Shown: positions 11,601-23,300 of the stretch, one piece after another
How positions within the stretch are numbered: the stretch's first letter is position 1
How the letters are laid out: the number at the start of each line of letters is the position of its first letter
From: a virus
Length of the DNA: 60,934 nt
Virus record (IMG/VR): IMGVR_UViG_3300020385_000001
Location: 1-60,934 of that record
Reading direction: 5' to 3' (one strand)
The notes under the pieces: model-generated
What the model saw: only the letters and a program-made list of their open reading frames with translations
The model's database searches: none
What the model was told of the DNA's origin: nothing
Program-made: the position numbers and the translations under genes

Positions 11601-13068
11601 ATTTGGCCAGGCGGTTGTAAACCCTGGATTTGGAGCAAATTTATTTTTTAATGCTAATAATTATTTAGATTCGCCAGGCGGCTCGTCTTTAGCTCTTTAT
11701 TGGACAAGTAACGCTACTAATGCTGTTGCAACTGGCCCCGCTTCTGGCTCAGGATCTAATTATTTTGATAGAACAATTGGGGGTGCACAAGGAAGTGATG
11801 GTAATACTTTAGTGTTACCCACAACACTAGCAGATGCAAGCAATTCTTATACAACGCAAGCAACAACTTTTAGAAATAGTTCTAACGGAGCAGTTAATTA
11901 TAAAAACACAAATTATAATGTTTTAGGAACATCAAACCAATCCGATGGCGGGCTAACAGCAGGCACGGGATACTTATATTTTGATGTAACAATGGAAAAT
12001 ATCCAGTATCAAAATTATTTAGAAAACTCAAATAATAATAGATTTCCTTTTGCATTATTTCCTATAATACTACAATATAGAGCCACTGGAGCCGGAGATA
12101 ACCAATGGGTTGATGCTACAGATATAGAAGGGAAAATTATATCTTTTGGGGGTGTAACTAAAAATATATATGATTATTATAATCAATCTTTCCCAATAAG
12201 CAGCAATCAAGAATTTTCTTTTGAAGGAATGTTAGAGTATAAAAATTCAGCAATAGGGGCATTTAATAGTAATAGAGTAAATAGTCCTATCAATACTAAC
12301 AATGCTGTTTCAGGGCAATGCATGGCTGTGGAGACTCAAGCTATGAATAACACTAATCAAAGTGAGTTGGCTACTATTGCGCAAAGAGCAGTAGCTTTTG
12401 GGGGCGCTGCTACAATAAATAGCGGTGGAACCAATATTAAAGCATATTCTTCCGTGTCAGATAAATTTGGGGATTATAGGTTTATAGTGCGATACCCTTA
12501 CGGAAGCGATACAGCTGATTCTAGTATTATAACCACTCCTGGAAATTGGAATGGAACACCCGCGCAATTACCTTCAGCAAGTTTTTATGACGCTTCTATG
12601 TTTAGCTACACTATAAAGTGGGGCGACTTTTATTATCCGGCTGCTAACGGGGAAACATTTTTTGAATATGAATTTTCTTCTGTTGGATATAATACTGCTC
12701 AAGAAGCGAGTAATAATGGGCAGTTTACGGGAGGCATAAGCTTGTTTGCTAGAGAATTTTTACCAAGATATATAACTCAGCTATATACTAATGAAGCTTT
12801 AACAACGACCTGGGCACCTTCTAATTGGTCAGAAAGTGCAGGGTGGTATGCTTTTAGATTAGTAAGTAATTCAAATTCTTCAGCCGCATATGGAACAGAT
12901 ACAGCAAGCCCTTTTCCTATAGGCAACAACACAATTAATAAATCAGGCATTGAGACTAATGATAGAATATGGGTAGCATTTATTGAAAATAGTGGAATAA
13001 AAAGAAAAGGATTGGCTTTCCCTTCAAGCACTGTTTCATTTGGAGGTTATACAGATTCAGAATTTTAA
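8662..13068 (+). CDS. Large tail structural protein (1468 aa; possible tail tube/nozzle)
   Basis: Uninterrupted 4.4-kb ORF with the Asn/Ser/Thr/Gly-rich composition typical of tail proteins. Position-based. Confidence 0.5.
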   Translation: MAEVKNAFIKSKMNLDLDARLVPNGEYRQGFNIQVSKSEGDDVGALENVLGNKLLENFDTLAGVSGLTIIGSHISEIDNLIFLFLTNYTDPSPNPAVNPTYNPTGQNYIYSYNTQTEFAYQLVSGSFLNFSTTNPIYGVNLLEDILFFTDNRNQPRKLNITLASNNSNYYTNEDQISVAKFAPYDPIRLYKNSTTAGLSGYETTMYDVVSPALPNTTTANPYLQNSNGNPAYAGDANFLEDKFIRFSYRYRFDDNEYSVFAPFTQAAFIPKQDGYFLTTGAAGTTTDEDATYRSTVVDFMENKVNKILLQIPLPVTGNQLSTNFHIKEIEILYKEDSAMPVYALDTITDFGTAATLEYTYQGGKPYKTLPENELVRVFDKVPVKALAQEVSGNRIIYGNFQDKHTPPSAIDYNVNASKKLSFNIPSANTPAGTTAITEYPASTLKQNRNYQVGVVLSDKYGRSSTVILSNNISQASQNADGTNLNFDASTIYHNYRTSSDATNLPVGTWPGDSLKVLFNTQLDGAGFDKNGSTGTPGLYNGTSSSANYNPLGWYSYKIVVKQTEQEYYNVYLPGILNGPPNGITTDDAINEVGFITLINDNVNKVPRDLSEVGPEQKQFRSSVELFGRVSPDYVLNTNPSYNTQFYPETSQSLPLPNTVITIAEEDDLFGIAAGASIPNIYDTLSNPLIGRISQINSNAIGASGSATTPYNFKLGVFETSPVESLLQIYYETSTTGLISELNQAILTGNPNEATGLSSFTSNFTEAKGNGDTIVSQFGVLTAAGGDTPQPVNLTLISVINEDGTNVTSQFELAPDPGSSTTLYDLKVASGAYFAYLADGPKVYTFTFKDLSGSGGSPTATLTLGNVTPSFVFTSGGAAPTTISESVGTKIINANNSIFSAVNGSADTSTADGNSVPINKRELVYSLVSNAYPDIFAIDPVSGQINVSNNSDPTGSYSLIIQVQDPGPDSNNKTSFTVNLVFGQAVVNPGFGANLFFNANNYLDSPGGSSLALYWTSNATNAVATGPASGSGSNYFDRTIGGAQGSDGNTLVLPTTLADASNSYTTQATTFRNSSNGAVNYKNTNYNVLGTSNQSDGGLTAGTGYLYFDVTMENIQYQNYLENSNNNRFPFALFPIILQYRATGAGDNQWVDATDIEGKIISFGGVTKNIYDYYNQSFPISSNQEFSFEGMLEYKNSAIGAFNSNRVNSPINTNNAVSGQCMAVETQAMNNTNQSELATIAQRAVAFGGAATINSGGTNIKAYSSVSDKFGDYRFIVRYPYGSDTADSSIITTPGNWNGTPAQLPSASFYDASMFSYTIKWGDFYYPAANGETFFEYEFSSVGYNTAQEASNNGQFTGGISLFAREFLPRYITQLYTNEALTTTWAPSNWSESAGWYAFRLVSNSNSSAAYGTDTASPFPIGNNTINKSGIETNDRIWVAFIENSGIKRKGLAFPSSTVSFGGYTDSEF

Positions 13069-13102
13069 GTAATTTATATATTAAATTAGTAATAATAATT
13101 AA

Positions 13103-14623
13103 ATGGGAGCAATAGTAGAAGTTAAATATTTTAATAGTTTTTTGCTAAAAAAAGCCACCAAAGCTGACAATACGCCAGTTTGGAATGGTTCTTTTGGCAT
13201 ACCCGGCTATGCCCCTGGAGATAGTTTAGTTCAACCTCCTTCAGTTCCTAATGCTACAAAAAATTGGGTTATTGAAGAATCAAGAATAAGAGGCGGGTAT
13301 AATAATGATAGTGTCACATACGGGCCCAGAGCCTATTTAGTTGAAGAAGAACCTTTAGCTAGATTTAGAACAAATGCTCTTATATATTCAGGAATATTTA
13401 ATTCAAGAACAGGTATTAATGATAGTAATGTATTTAGCGTAGGCGAAGATATTACACGCAGCTTAAATCCAGCTAATGGTACCATACAAAAATTATATTC
13501 GCAAGACTATTATCTAACAATATTTCAAGAAGCAAAAGTAAGTAGAGCGCCTATAAATAAAAATATTATATATTCTGCAGAAGGTAACCCAACAGTCACA
13601 ACTAGCAACATGGTAATTGGTGAGCCGCAAGCATATAATGGTAATTTTGGCATTAGCAGAAATCCTGAAAGTCACGCTGTATATGGCTTTAGACAATACT
13701 TTACTGATAAAGATAGAAATGCTGTTTTAAGATTATCCAATGATGGATTAACAGAAATACAGCGCTATGGCATGTATGACTTTTTTAGAGATAAGCTAAG
13801 CGCTTTAGATAGCCCGCTAGGAACTAAAGGGAAAGCAATGGGGGCTTGGGACATACATACTAAACAATATGTATTGTCCTTACAGCCTGCTCAAAATTAT
13901 ACTATTAATGCATCCGGCGAAAATGCTGATATTAATTATTATACATTATCGTTTGATGAATCAGTAAATGGATGGACTAGTTTTTATGACTATAAGCCAG
14001 GTATGGGTGCTAGTGTAAAAAACTTTTATTATACTTTTCCTGCAGCAAGCTATAGCAATAACGTAAAAGGATTATATCGTCATAATGTAGAAAGCGTAAA
14101 TAGAGGTATTTTTTATGGCACAGAATATAAATCAAAAATTAAATTTATTTTTAATCCTAACGTAAGCGTTTCAAAAGTTTTTAAAACAATTAATTATGAG
14201 GGTAGCAATGGTTGGCAAGTAGATAGTTTTGTTTCAGATAGAACTGGAATAGGTTCTGTAAATACTTTGCCCTTTGAAACTACAGAATTAGGTCAAATAT
14301 ATAGTCAGTCAAATACATTAGATACTACTGCTTTTGTATATAGTTATAATGAAGGCGCATATGATAATTTTGGAAATGAATACCCCGCAGCATTAGTGCC
14401 TCCTATAAACAGAGCTGGTTTTAATAGAAAAGAAAATAAATATATGACTAATTTGGTTAATAATAGCTCACCTGCGTCTGAAGAAATACGCTTTGGAAAT
14501 CAAATAACAGGTATTAAAGGCTATTTTGCAACAGTTACTTTATCAACTGATAACGTTACAGATTTAGGCGGTATGAAAGAAATATTTGCTGTATCTTCGG
14601 AATACGCAGGATCAAGCTATTAA
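13103..14623 (+). CDS. Hypothetical tail/virion protein (506 aa)
   Basis: ORF in the structural block. No recognisable motif. Confidence 0.5.
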   Translation: MGAIVEVKYFNSFLLKKATKADNTPVWNGSFGIPGYAPGDSLVQPPSVPNATKNWVIEESRIRGGYNNDSVTYGPRAYLVEEEPLARFRTNALIYSGIFNSRTGINDSNVFSVGEDITRSLNPANGTIQKLYSQDYYLTIFQEAKVSRAPINKNIIYSAEGNPTVTTSNMVIGEPQAYNGNFGISRNPESHAVYGFRQYFTDKDRNAVLRLSNDGLTEIQRYGMYDFFRDKLSALDSPLGTKGKAMGAWDIHTKQYVLSLQPAQNYTINASGENADINYYTLSFDESVNGWTSFYDYKPGMGASVKNFYYTFPAASYSNNVKGLYRHNVESVNRGIFYGTEYKSKIKFIFNPNVSVSKVFKTINYEGSNGWQVDSFVSDRTGIGSVNTLPFETTELGQIYSQSNTLDTTAFVYSYNEGAYDNFGNEYPAALVPPINRAGFNRKENKYMTNLVNNSSPASEEIRFGNQITGIKGYFATVTLSTDNVTDLGGMKEIFAVSSEYAGSSY

Positions 14624-14628
14624 ATTAT

Positions 14629-15015
14629 ATGAAATTAATAAAAACTAAAAACGATAATATTATAATGCACAACAACGGAGGCATTGTTGATTGTGAAGAT
14701 ATTATACCGGTTACTCATGAATTCGCTGATCAAATATATTTAAGAAAAATGGTTATGCAAAAAAATCAAATAGTAGTCGGGGCAGAGCATAAGCATGAAC
14801 ATGTGTGGTTTTTATTATCAGGTAAAGTATTAATTAAAGAAAGTGATGAAACAATTATTCACGAAGCACCTTGTTATACAATTTCAAAACCAGGTGCTAA
14901 AAGAACAATTATAGCATTAGAAGAATCTATTTTTATGAACATACATAAGAATCCAGATAACACTAAAGATATTAAAGAATTAGAAAATCAAATAGTAAAC
15001 TTATGGCATTTATAG
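14629..15015 (+). CDS. Small cupin-like protein (128 aa)
   Basis: GAEHKHEHVWFLLSGKV followed by ...SKPGAKRTIIALEESIFMNIH resembles the two-motif cupin pattern (His cluster, then a second beta-motif). This is a weak call. Confidence 0.35.
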   Translation: MKLIKTKNDNIIMHNNGGIVDCEDIIPVTHEFADQIYLRKMVMQKNQIVVGAEHKHEHVWFLLSGKVLIKESDETIIHEAPCYTISKPGAKRTIIALEESIFMNIHKNPDNTKDIKELENQIVNLWHL

Positions 15016-15890
15016 TAGGATCAGTGCTTATTGGAGCAGGTGCTGGGCTGTTAGGAACTTTCGGGACGGCAGCAATAGCATCAAACCAACAAAAACAAGC
15101 AGCAAAAGGAGCTAGGCGCGAAGCGACAAGACTTCAGGGCGATATTACTCGTTTAGAGGAAAAGCGTAATAGAGAAAATCCTATAATAAATCCATATGCT
15201 GGGGCAGAGGATTTATCTGATATGATACAGGACTTATCTGGCATGCTAAGTAATCCTTTTGAAAATTTAGGCGTTGCTACTAAAGCAGCAGAAATACAAA
15301 TGGAGCAAACTGATATTGCTTTAGCTAATACTTTAGATTTATTAGCTGCAACAGGCGCAAGTGCGGGAGGAGCTACCGCGTTAGCACAAGCCGCCGCAAA
15401 AAGCAAACAAGGTGTTGCCGCTAATATAGAGGCGCAAGAAGCACAAAATGAAAAACTTAGGGCGCAAGGAGAAGCACAACTTAATCAACAAAAAATGGCT
15501 GAAGCTACCAGAGTGCAAAGTGCTTTATTTGGTGAAGCTACACGACAACAGCAAATAGAAGCAGAAGGCGAGTTATTTATGTATAAAGAAAGAGACAATA
15601 GACTTCTTGAACAACTTGATCGAAAGCAAGCTCAACTAACCGGCCAACAACAAGTTCAAGCTCAAAGAAGCGCAGACGCGGCTTCTATAATGGGCGCAGG
15701 CATTAAAGCGGGCGGACAAATTATTGGATCTACAGTTAGTTCGTTAGCGGGAAATACAACAAAAGGTAATTCTAACAATTTTAATGCGGATCAAGCTTAT
15801 TTAAACAGCATAACAAATCAAGCTTATATTGATGCTGAACAAATGGATTTGGAAGAACTGCAGCAAGATATTTTAAATTTTGAAGAATAA
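15003..15890 (+). CDS. Internal virion protein (putative), N-terminal TM helix, Gln/Ala-rich coiled coil
   Basis: MAFIVGSVLIGAGAGLLGTFGTAAIA is a hydrophobic N-terminus. The position before the giant protein resembles the T7 gp14/15/16 order. Confidence 0.45.
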   Translation: MAFIVGSVLIGAGAGLLGTFGTAAIASNQQKQAAKGARREATRLQGDITRLEEKRNRENPIINPYAGAEDLSDMIQDLSGMLSNPFENLGVATKAAEIQMEQTDIALANTLDLLAATGASAGGATALAQAAAKSKQGVAANIEAQEAQNEKLRAQGEAQLNQQKMAEATRVQSALFGEATRQQQIEAEGELFMYKERDNRLLEQLDRKQAQLTGQQQVQAQRSADAASIMGAGIKAGGQIIGSTVSSLAGNTTKGNSNNFNADQAYLNSITNQAYIDAEQMDLEELQQDILNFEE

Positions 15891-15892
15891 TA

Positions 15893-17338
15893 ATGGCAAG
15901 TACATATAGAAGTCCAGAAACGGTAGTAGTATCAGAAGCAGCACAAATAGTAGATGCTATAGATAGTCTTAGCAGCACGTTTTTAAAAACGGCGGGTAAT
16001 ATAAAAGCAATTAAAGACAAAAAAGTAAAACAAGCTCAGGAGTTTAATCAAAGGCTTATAAAAGATATTAGTATTGATCCTACCTCTTTTTATAAAGCTT
16101 TAGGCGAAAGCAATGCCAATAGAGCGCTTTTTGATCAAGTAAATAATTTAATGGATGAAAATGCTAAATTACAATTAGACATTGAAGCCGGCTTGTATTC
16201 TCAATCAGACTACAGAGGCTTAATGGCTAGTAAAAATAAAACTATTGCGGAACTTTCTCAATTAGTTGGTTTAGCTGAAAGCGAAAAAACATCATCAGCC
16301 TCATGGGTAGAAAACGCTGAAGACCGAGTTAATAACTTAACTAATCAGGGTGGCGATTCTTTAGTGGGTAATACAGAATATATAAATGCAAAAAATATTT
16401 TTTCTAAAATGAGCAAAGGCTCTGTAGAAAGAGTTTTTAAAGATAATGTAATGTATTATGAAATTCAAGGAGAAGGTTTAGATAAGCCTTATGAGGTTCC
16501 CGCAGCTGGATTCTTATCTAAACAATTATTTAAAGTACCTAATTTTGATAAAGAATATAAAAATATGTTAATTCAAAAAGGTATACTTACATCTACCGGC
16601 GCTAAAACAGAATATTTTAAAAATATGAGTGCAGCTGAGTTTGAGCGAGATATTAGCGAAATTATTGATGCAAAAGTTTTGGGTGCAATAAAAGATAGAA
16701 GGGTAGCTAATAGCATGTTCATTGAAATATTCGGCGGCGAAGGTGATCCTTTTAAACAATACGGTGGTGGTGATGAAAAGCACATTGCGGGGAGCACTAT
16801 AAGTAATGCAGACGCTCAACGACTTAGAGAAGCTATGTTTAAGTATGCAATGAATATTACGCCTAAATGGGAAGCTAAGGCACCTAAAGAATTAACTCCT
16901 ACTCAAATTAAAGACTTTAAAAAACAAAAAGATTTTAATAATGCTGTTAAATCTTGGGAGGATAAATTTATAAGAACAATGGGGGAATTTGAATCGGCGT
17001 TCAATCCTGAAGGCAAGGTAATGACGGGGAAATTAAATATTTTTAATGACGTTATAGATGAAGATGGCAAACCGGCTCAAGAATTACGCCCAGAGTTTAT
17101 AAGAGCTCTTTCATTTCTTGATGGCATAACCGTTAAAAACACAAACCAGAACGAAGCAAGAATTTCGGGCGGGGGATTAAAAGATGATTTTACAGTTATT
17201 CAAGGACAACCAATAAGTATTTTTGTTGAAAATTTGCATAGAAACATTTTTGGTCAAAATAAAAGCTTATATGATCCAGAAAGTGCTGAGAAATTTGCTT
17301 ATCAATTCAAACCTGTTTTACCCTCAAAAGATGAATAA
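15893..17338 (+). CDS. Internal virion protein (putative, 481 aa)
   Basis: Position-based call. No motif. Confidence 0.4.
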   Translation: MASTYRSPETVVVSEAAQIVDAIDSLSSTFLKTAGNIKAIKDKKVKQAQEFNQRLIKDISIDPTSFYKALGESNANRALFDQVNNLMDENAKLQLDIEAGLYSQSDYRGLMASKNKTIAELSQLVGLAESEKTSSASWVENAEDRVNNLTNQGGDSLVGNTEYINAKNIFSKMSKGSVERVFKDNVMYYEIQGEGLDKPYEVPAAGFLSKQLFKVPNFDKEYKNMLIQKGILTSTGAKTEYFKNMSAAEFERDISEIIDAKVLGAIKDRRVANSMFIEIFGGEGDPFKQYGGGDEKHIAGSTISNADAQRLREAMFKYAMNITPKWEAKAPKELTPTQIKDFKKQKDFNNAVKSWEDKFIRTMGEFESAFNPEGKVMTGKLNIFNDVIDEDGKPAQELRPEFIRALSFLDGITVKNTNQNEARISGGGLKDDFTVIQGQPISIFVENLHRNIFGQNKSLYDPESAEKFAYQFKPVLPSKDE

Positions 17339-17347
17339 ATTTTAATT

Positions 17348-20300
17348 ATGTATAAATATAAAGATTACAACTATTCTTTAGAAGAAGTTCAAGATGCTGC
17401 AGATAAAGAAAAATTATCTATAGACGAATATATTAAAGAATTTAATATAGAGAAAACCGATCCCGATCCCGATGAAGAGGGAAAGGAAATCCCTTCACAG
17501 GAGACAGTGGATGCAACTGTGGAGGTAGACGGTACGGCATCCAAATCGGAAAATGGTTCTTCGGACTATACTCAAATTGACCCCACTGAAACAGAATTTA
17601 AAGAAATTACAATTTTTGAAAAAACCAACAAAGATAAAGAGGGTAATACTAGTTCTTTTATTGTAAAAAATCAACCAAAAGAAATTTTAACTGATTTAGG
17701 TAAAAAAAATATTAATGAAAATTATGAAACAGCTTTACAGGATTGGTCTGAATTAACCGCTAATGATCCTCAGGATAAGTCAATAGATTTATACAAAGAA
17801 AAAGCTATATATATTCAAAATGATTTAATAAAAAATAATAAATATTTAAATTTAACAAATAAACAAATATTAAATCAAGTTGATAAATTTTTAAATGCTA
17901 AAGGAAGTGTCCGGGATCAAATAGTAGAAGAGTATAATTTAAATGATCCTAATACAACTGCTGAAACTTTAGAAGAAGCAAACAAAGCTTATAATGATCA
18001 AAGAACCCAAGCAGCAATTCTTTTAGCTGAAAATAATTCTAAATACCAAGCTGTATTAAATGGTATAAAAAATAAAGTTTCCACATCCGTTGGAGGCGAA
18101 TTAAAAGAATTTGAAAAACAAAAACAAAGATCCGAAGTAGAGTTTAAAATTCCTTTTACTGATAAAGTCTTTTCTAAAGGTATAAGCGATAATTCTATTG
18201 TTGAGGGGCTACAAAAAACTTTTTTAAATTTTACTCAATCTTTATATGGAATTGAGTTAATGAGTGCCGATAAAAGTTTTGGCGCTACTGAAAGAGCTAC
18301 TAAAGCCATAACAGCGCTTGAAGAAAAAATAAAAAATAAAGAAATTCGTTTAGATGATAAGGTTGATAGAGACACAAAAATAACCATGCAGGGACGGATT
18401 AAAGATCCTAATATAACCGTTAAAAATGCATTAAAATTTTTAAACTCTTTTTTAGAAGAACGAAAAGAAGAGCAATTTGAAACTATAACCGATATTCAAA
18501 ATATTAATAAAGATTTAAGCTCTTTTACACAAAATAAAATATGGGAAGATGATGGTAGTATAGATCTTACTTTAAAAGAATTAGGGGGGATTGCCGGAGA
18601 ACAATTACCTCAAATTGGATTAGCTTTAGTAGCTGGTGGGATAGGTGTTATGGCGCAAGAAATTGGTGGTAATTATATAACAAATTTAAATTCTATAGCT
18701 CGAAAAAAATTTAATATACCTGAAAATCAAGAACCTACTCCTGAACAATTGATAGATATTATTAATAGTGGCGAAGATCAAGCGGGGGTTGCGTTAGCTA
18801 CTGGGGCAGTTGCGGGGTATTTAGAAAAATTGAGTGCAGGTAAATTACTTAAAGTAGATCTTAAAAAACCTATAGGAGCTATAGTAAGGGGGGAGTTTAA
18901 AACAGCAGCAAAATCTTTATTTAATTCTGGCAAAGCCGTTACTAATGCAACTTTAACAGAAACATTGACAGAAGGATTACAAACGGGGTTAAGTCAATTA
19001 GGAGAATCTGTCGTTACCGATGAAAATAAATTTGATTATAAGGAATTAAGAGAAGCAAGTAGCCAAGGCTTTTTAATGGGCGGTGGATTAACTTCTTTTA
19101 AAATTGGAGTACAACAGACTGCAGTTGAACTTAAACAAACAGCTATGCAGATTGCTGGTGCATTGGGGTCTGAAGGAAGCTATGGGCAATTAGAAAAATC
19201 TTTTAAAGCTTTAGAAACTAAAATAAAATCTGACGGAAGGCTAAGTGAAAATAGTAAAAACAATAGAATAAAAGCTTTAGGGCAAGTTCGAAATACTTTA
19301 AATTCTATTCCTAAAGGATATTCCGCTAATCAAAGAGAAAAAAGTTTAAATTTATTAATTAGAAAACAAGATTTAAACGAACAATTTAAAAATGTAGATT
19401 CCAACTTAATACCTGAAGCGGTAAAAGACCAAATAGAATCAATTGATAATCAATTATCAAGCATAGCAGAATCTGCTTTTATTACCAGAACGGTTGACAT
19501 GGCTATGGAAGAAGGGTTAGGGGATAATATTAAAGTTGCTAATACTAGCGCCCAAGCCGATAAAATAGCAGCAGAAAATAATATGTCTTTAGTTGATTCT
19601 AAGGGAGAAAGAGCAGAAGGCGCTGTTAAAGGCGATGGGTCTACCGTTATAATAGATTTAGAACAGGCCAAAAAAGTAAAAGCATTTAATGTAGCAGGAC
19701 ATGAACTTTTGCATAGAGTTTTATTTAAAACTTTATATAAAGAAGTAGATGGAAAATTAGTGGGTAGTAACGTTGCTAGATCTTTAGGGTTAGAATTAGA
19801 TAAACAATTAAATAAAATAAATCCTGATATACTTAAAAATGAATATTTAAAACAAAGATTTAAATCTTACCAAGACCAAGGTAAATCTATGCAGGCAGAA
19901 GAAAAATTAACAATTTTATCTGATGCTTTGAGATTAGGTGCTGTTAAATTAGAAAACACTGCAATAGAAAAATTTAATGGTTATTTTAGAAGATTGTTTC
20001 AAAATTTAGGATGGAAACAAATTAAATTTAAAGATGGTGAATCTGTAGTAAATTTTATACAAGATTATAATAAATCTTTAGATAAAGGAAGTTTTGGCAA
20101 AGCAATAAAAAAGGGTGCGACAGAAGGTTTTGAAGTTGTTCGAGGAAAAGATGGTATTAAAAATTTAAAAGATGATTACGAAAATATAATTAAAGAATCA
20201 AGATCCGAAAAAGCATCTAATAAAGTTCAAGAGCTATATGAACAAAAAGGTGTTAATGCAGCTGTAGAAATAATAGAACAGTTTAAACCTATAACTAATA

Positions 20301-23300
20301 AAATAGTAGAGCAACGTAAAAATGCGCCTGGTTTTGATAGACAATTACTTACTGATGAAATTGAAACAGGTGCTGGTGGTATACTTGATTTAATACAAGC
20401 ATATGATCCCGCATCTAATGTTCCTTTAGCCGCTTATATTAATAAGTTTCTACCCGTAAGAGCTATCACAGCATCTCGCAGAATATTAGAAGAAGAATTT
20501 GCGGGAGATATTGCAGAAGCACCACAAGTAGCTGCTGAAGCTGCGCCTGAAACAGAGGTTGAAGTTACTGAAACAAAACCTACAGAAAGATTAATTGAAA
20601 CTAAAAATAAATTTCTTTCACCTGAAGGCAGAACAGGTTTTGAAGAAAATGTAGCTAGTAGAATAGACGAGCTTACTCCAGATGAATTTACATTTAAAAA
20701 ATTACCAAATTGGGGTAAAGAAAACTTAGCTAAAGAACTTAATATACCAATTAAAAAGTTTGAAGGATCTTCTAATTTTACTCAAGCGGAGCTAGGAAGA
20801 CTTCTTACTTGGATTGAAACAAACGTAAGTGACATTAGAAGAGCTCTACCGGGCGCTGCAGTATTAGAGGGTGCATCAGTACCTGAAAGCTTAATAGGCA
20901 CAGCCACAGGAGTTCCTAATAATTTATTAAAGAACATTAACTTATACGAAAGATTAGCAAGAGGTACAAAAGACGCAGGGTTAGTTCCTTATAGAAAATT
21001 AAAAGGTATTGATAATAGTTCAATACTTAAAGCGGTAGGTATAATAGACGGTAGGCAAACGGCTGGGCCTAGAGATAAAGCCGCTCAAACGGCTAAAGGT
21101 ATTTTTAACATGATGGCTAAAGTCATGACTAACCAAGAAATACGCAAACAGCTTCAAGCAAAGCCAAGGCCAGATATTACAACAAAAGAAACTGAATCCG
21201 CTAGAGCAGGTGGTATTGAAAGTAGATTATTATTTTCTTTATCTACACCCGCTAAAAAATTATTAAACAAATTTAAAATAGAAGATAAATATAATGGTTT
21301 AGATACTAAAACAGGGATTGATTTATTTATTAAAGATATTGAAAAATATTTAATACCTTATTTTAGCAAAGAAGACTTTAAAGTTTTAAATAAATCTATA
21401 TTAAATTTTAAAACAGAATTTTTTAATCCTAAAGAAGAAAATGTTTCGGCTATAGAACTTCAAAAGTATTTAACAGCTAAACTTGATGCATTAAAACCTA
21501 AATTTAGAGGTATGGCTACTGTTGGAAGAACGCCATATAATAATCCATATAGCTTTGGAAAGACACCACAAGATGTTAAATCTAGATTAAAAAACAACGG
21601 AAAATGGGTAAAAGACTTTAATACTAAACAAAGGGGGGTGTTTAATAAAATGATATTAGACATGAACAAAGCATATAAGGAAACAGACGGGGCTATCGCA
21701 TTACCTTTAGTATATTTATTAGAAAATGGACAAAATGAAAGAAGCAATCCTTTCCCTATGGGTGCTGCTGTATTAGGTTTTTATCCAAATGCGGAATCAT
21801 ACACTTATAAAAACAAAAAAGGTAAAGAAATAACCGGATATTATTTATATGAACATTCTTTTCCTGTGACTCAAGCTAGTAGGTTAATTTTAGAAGGAAT
21901 ATTTTCTAAAAATAAAATTACTTTTAATAATAATTTAAAAAGAGTACAGGATAATTTTTATGTATTAGCATTAACAAAAGAAGATGATGTTAAAATACAA
22001 AAATATGCTAAAGAAAATGAAGGGAACTTAACTAAAGCCTTACCGGAAAATGAAAGATGGTGGGATAGATATGAAAAAGCCGGTATAGATTTAACTAAAT
22101 ATACTAGTTATATTGAGGGATTTGATACGGTACAGGATATTATAAATGCAGCTAAAGCTGAACAACAAGAGCCTAAAGTATTGCCTTTATATAATATTTT
22201 AGGACAATCAAAAATAAAAGCTTCTAAAAGTAATAATAATAAATTACCAAAATCACAACAATTACCATCTTCTTATAATAAAAATAATTTAGTATTAGAT
22301 AAAATGCAAGAGCTTGATAACGAAGCTAACGAAGCTAGAATTAAGTTTAGCAAATCTCAAGATTTAAATGAAGATTTTAATAATATTATTGAAGCTAAAA
22401 CAGGAATTGCAACATATAAAAGGTTCTCACCGGCTAAAGCAGAAGTAAGAGGAGCAAGTAAAGGTAAATTTAATTTCTTTATTCCGCCAAGTGCTGAAGA
22501 CTTTACAGGCTTATTATATAAAACATTGGCTAAAGGTAAAGTAGGTGATACTCAAATGCAATGGTATAAAGATAATTTATTAGATCCTTATGCTAGAGCA
22601 ATGAATGATGTGTCCTCTGCTCGTGTAGCAATGTTTGAAGATTATAAAAAACTAAAAGAAGACCTTAAGGTTATTCCTAAGAATCTTAAAAAGAAAAGTG
22701 TTGATGAATATACCAAAGAGCAGGCTGTAAGAATTTATATATGGAATGAGCAGGGTAATAAAATACCTGGTTTGTTTAAAACGGATCAAAAACAATTAGT
22801 TGATTATGTAAATAACGACCCTGAGCTTAAAGTATTTGCAGACCAGCTTATTGCTATGCAAAAAAATGATGATTATTCTGGCCCTAAAGAAGGCTGGCTT
22901 ACGGGTAGCATTACAACAGATCTATTAGAAAGTGTTAATTCTATAAAAAGAAAAAAATATTTAGAGCAATGGCAAAATAACGTGGACGAAATATTTTCAG
23001 AAGTTAATATGAATAAACTTGAGGCTGCATTTGGAAAGCCTTATAGAAAAGCTTTAGAAAATATTCTGCAAAGAATGAAAACTGGTAGAAATAAGCCATT
23101 TAGGACTGATACATTAGCAGGTAGAGTTACTGACTGGTTAAATAATTCTGTTGGTGCAATTATGTTTTTTAACACAAGGTCAGCTGTATTGCAAACAATA
23201 TCATCAATTAACTTTGTTAACTGGAGCGATAATAATATTTATCAAGCTGGTAAAGCTTTTGCTAATCAACCACAATATTGGAAAGACTTTAAATTTTTGT

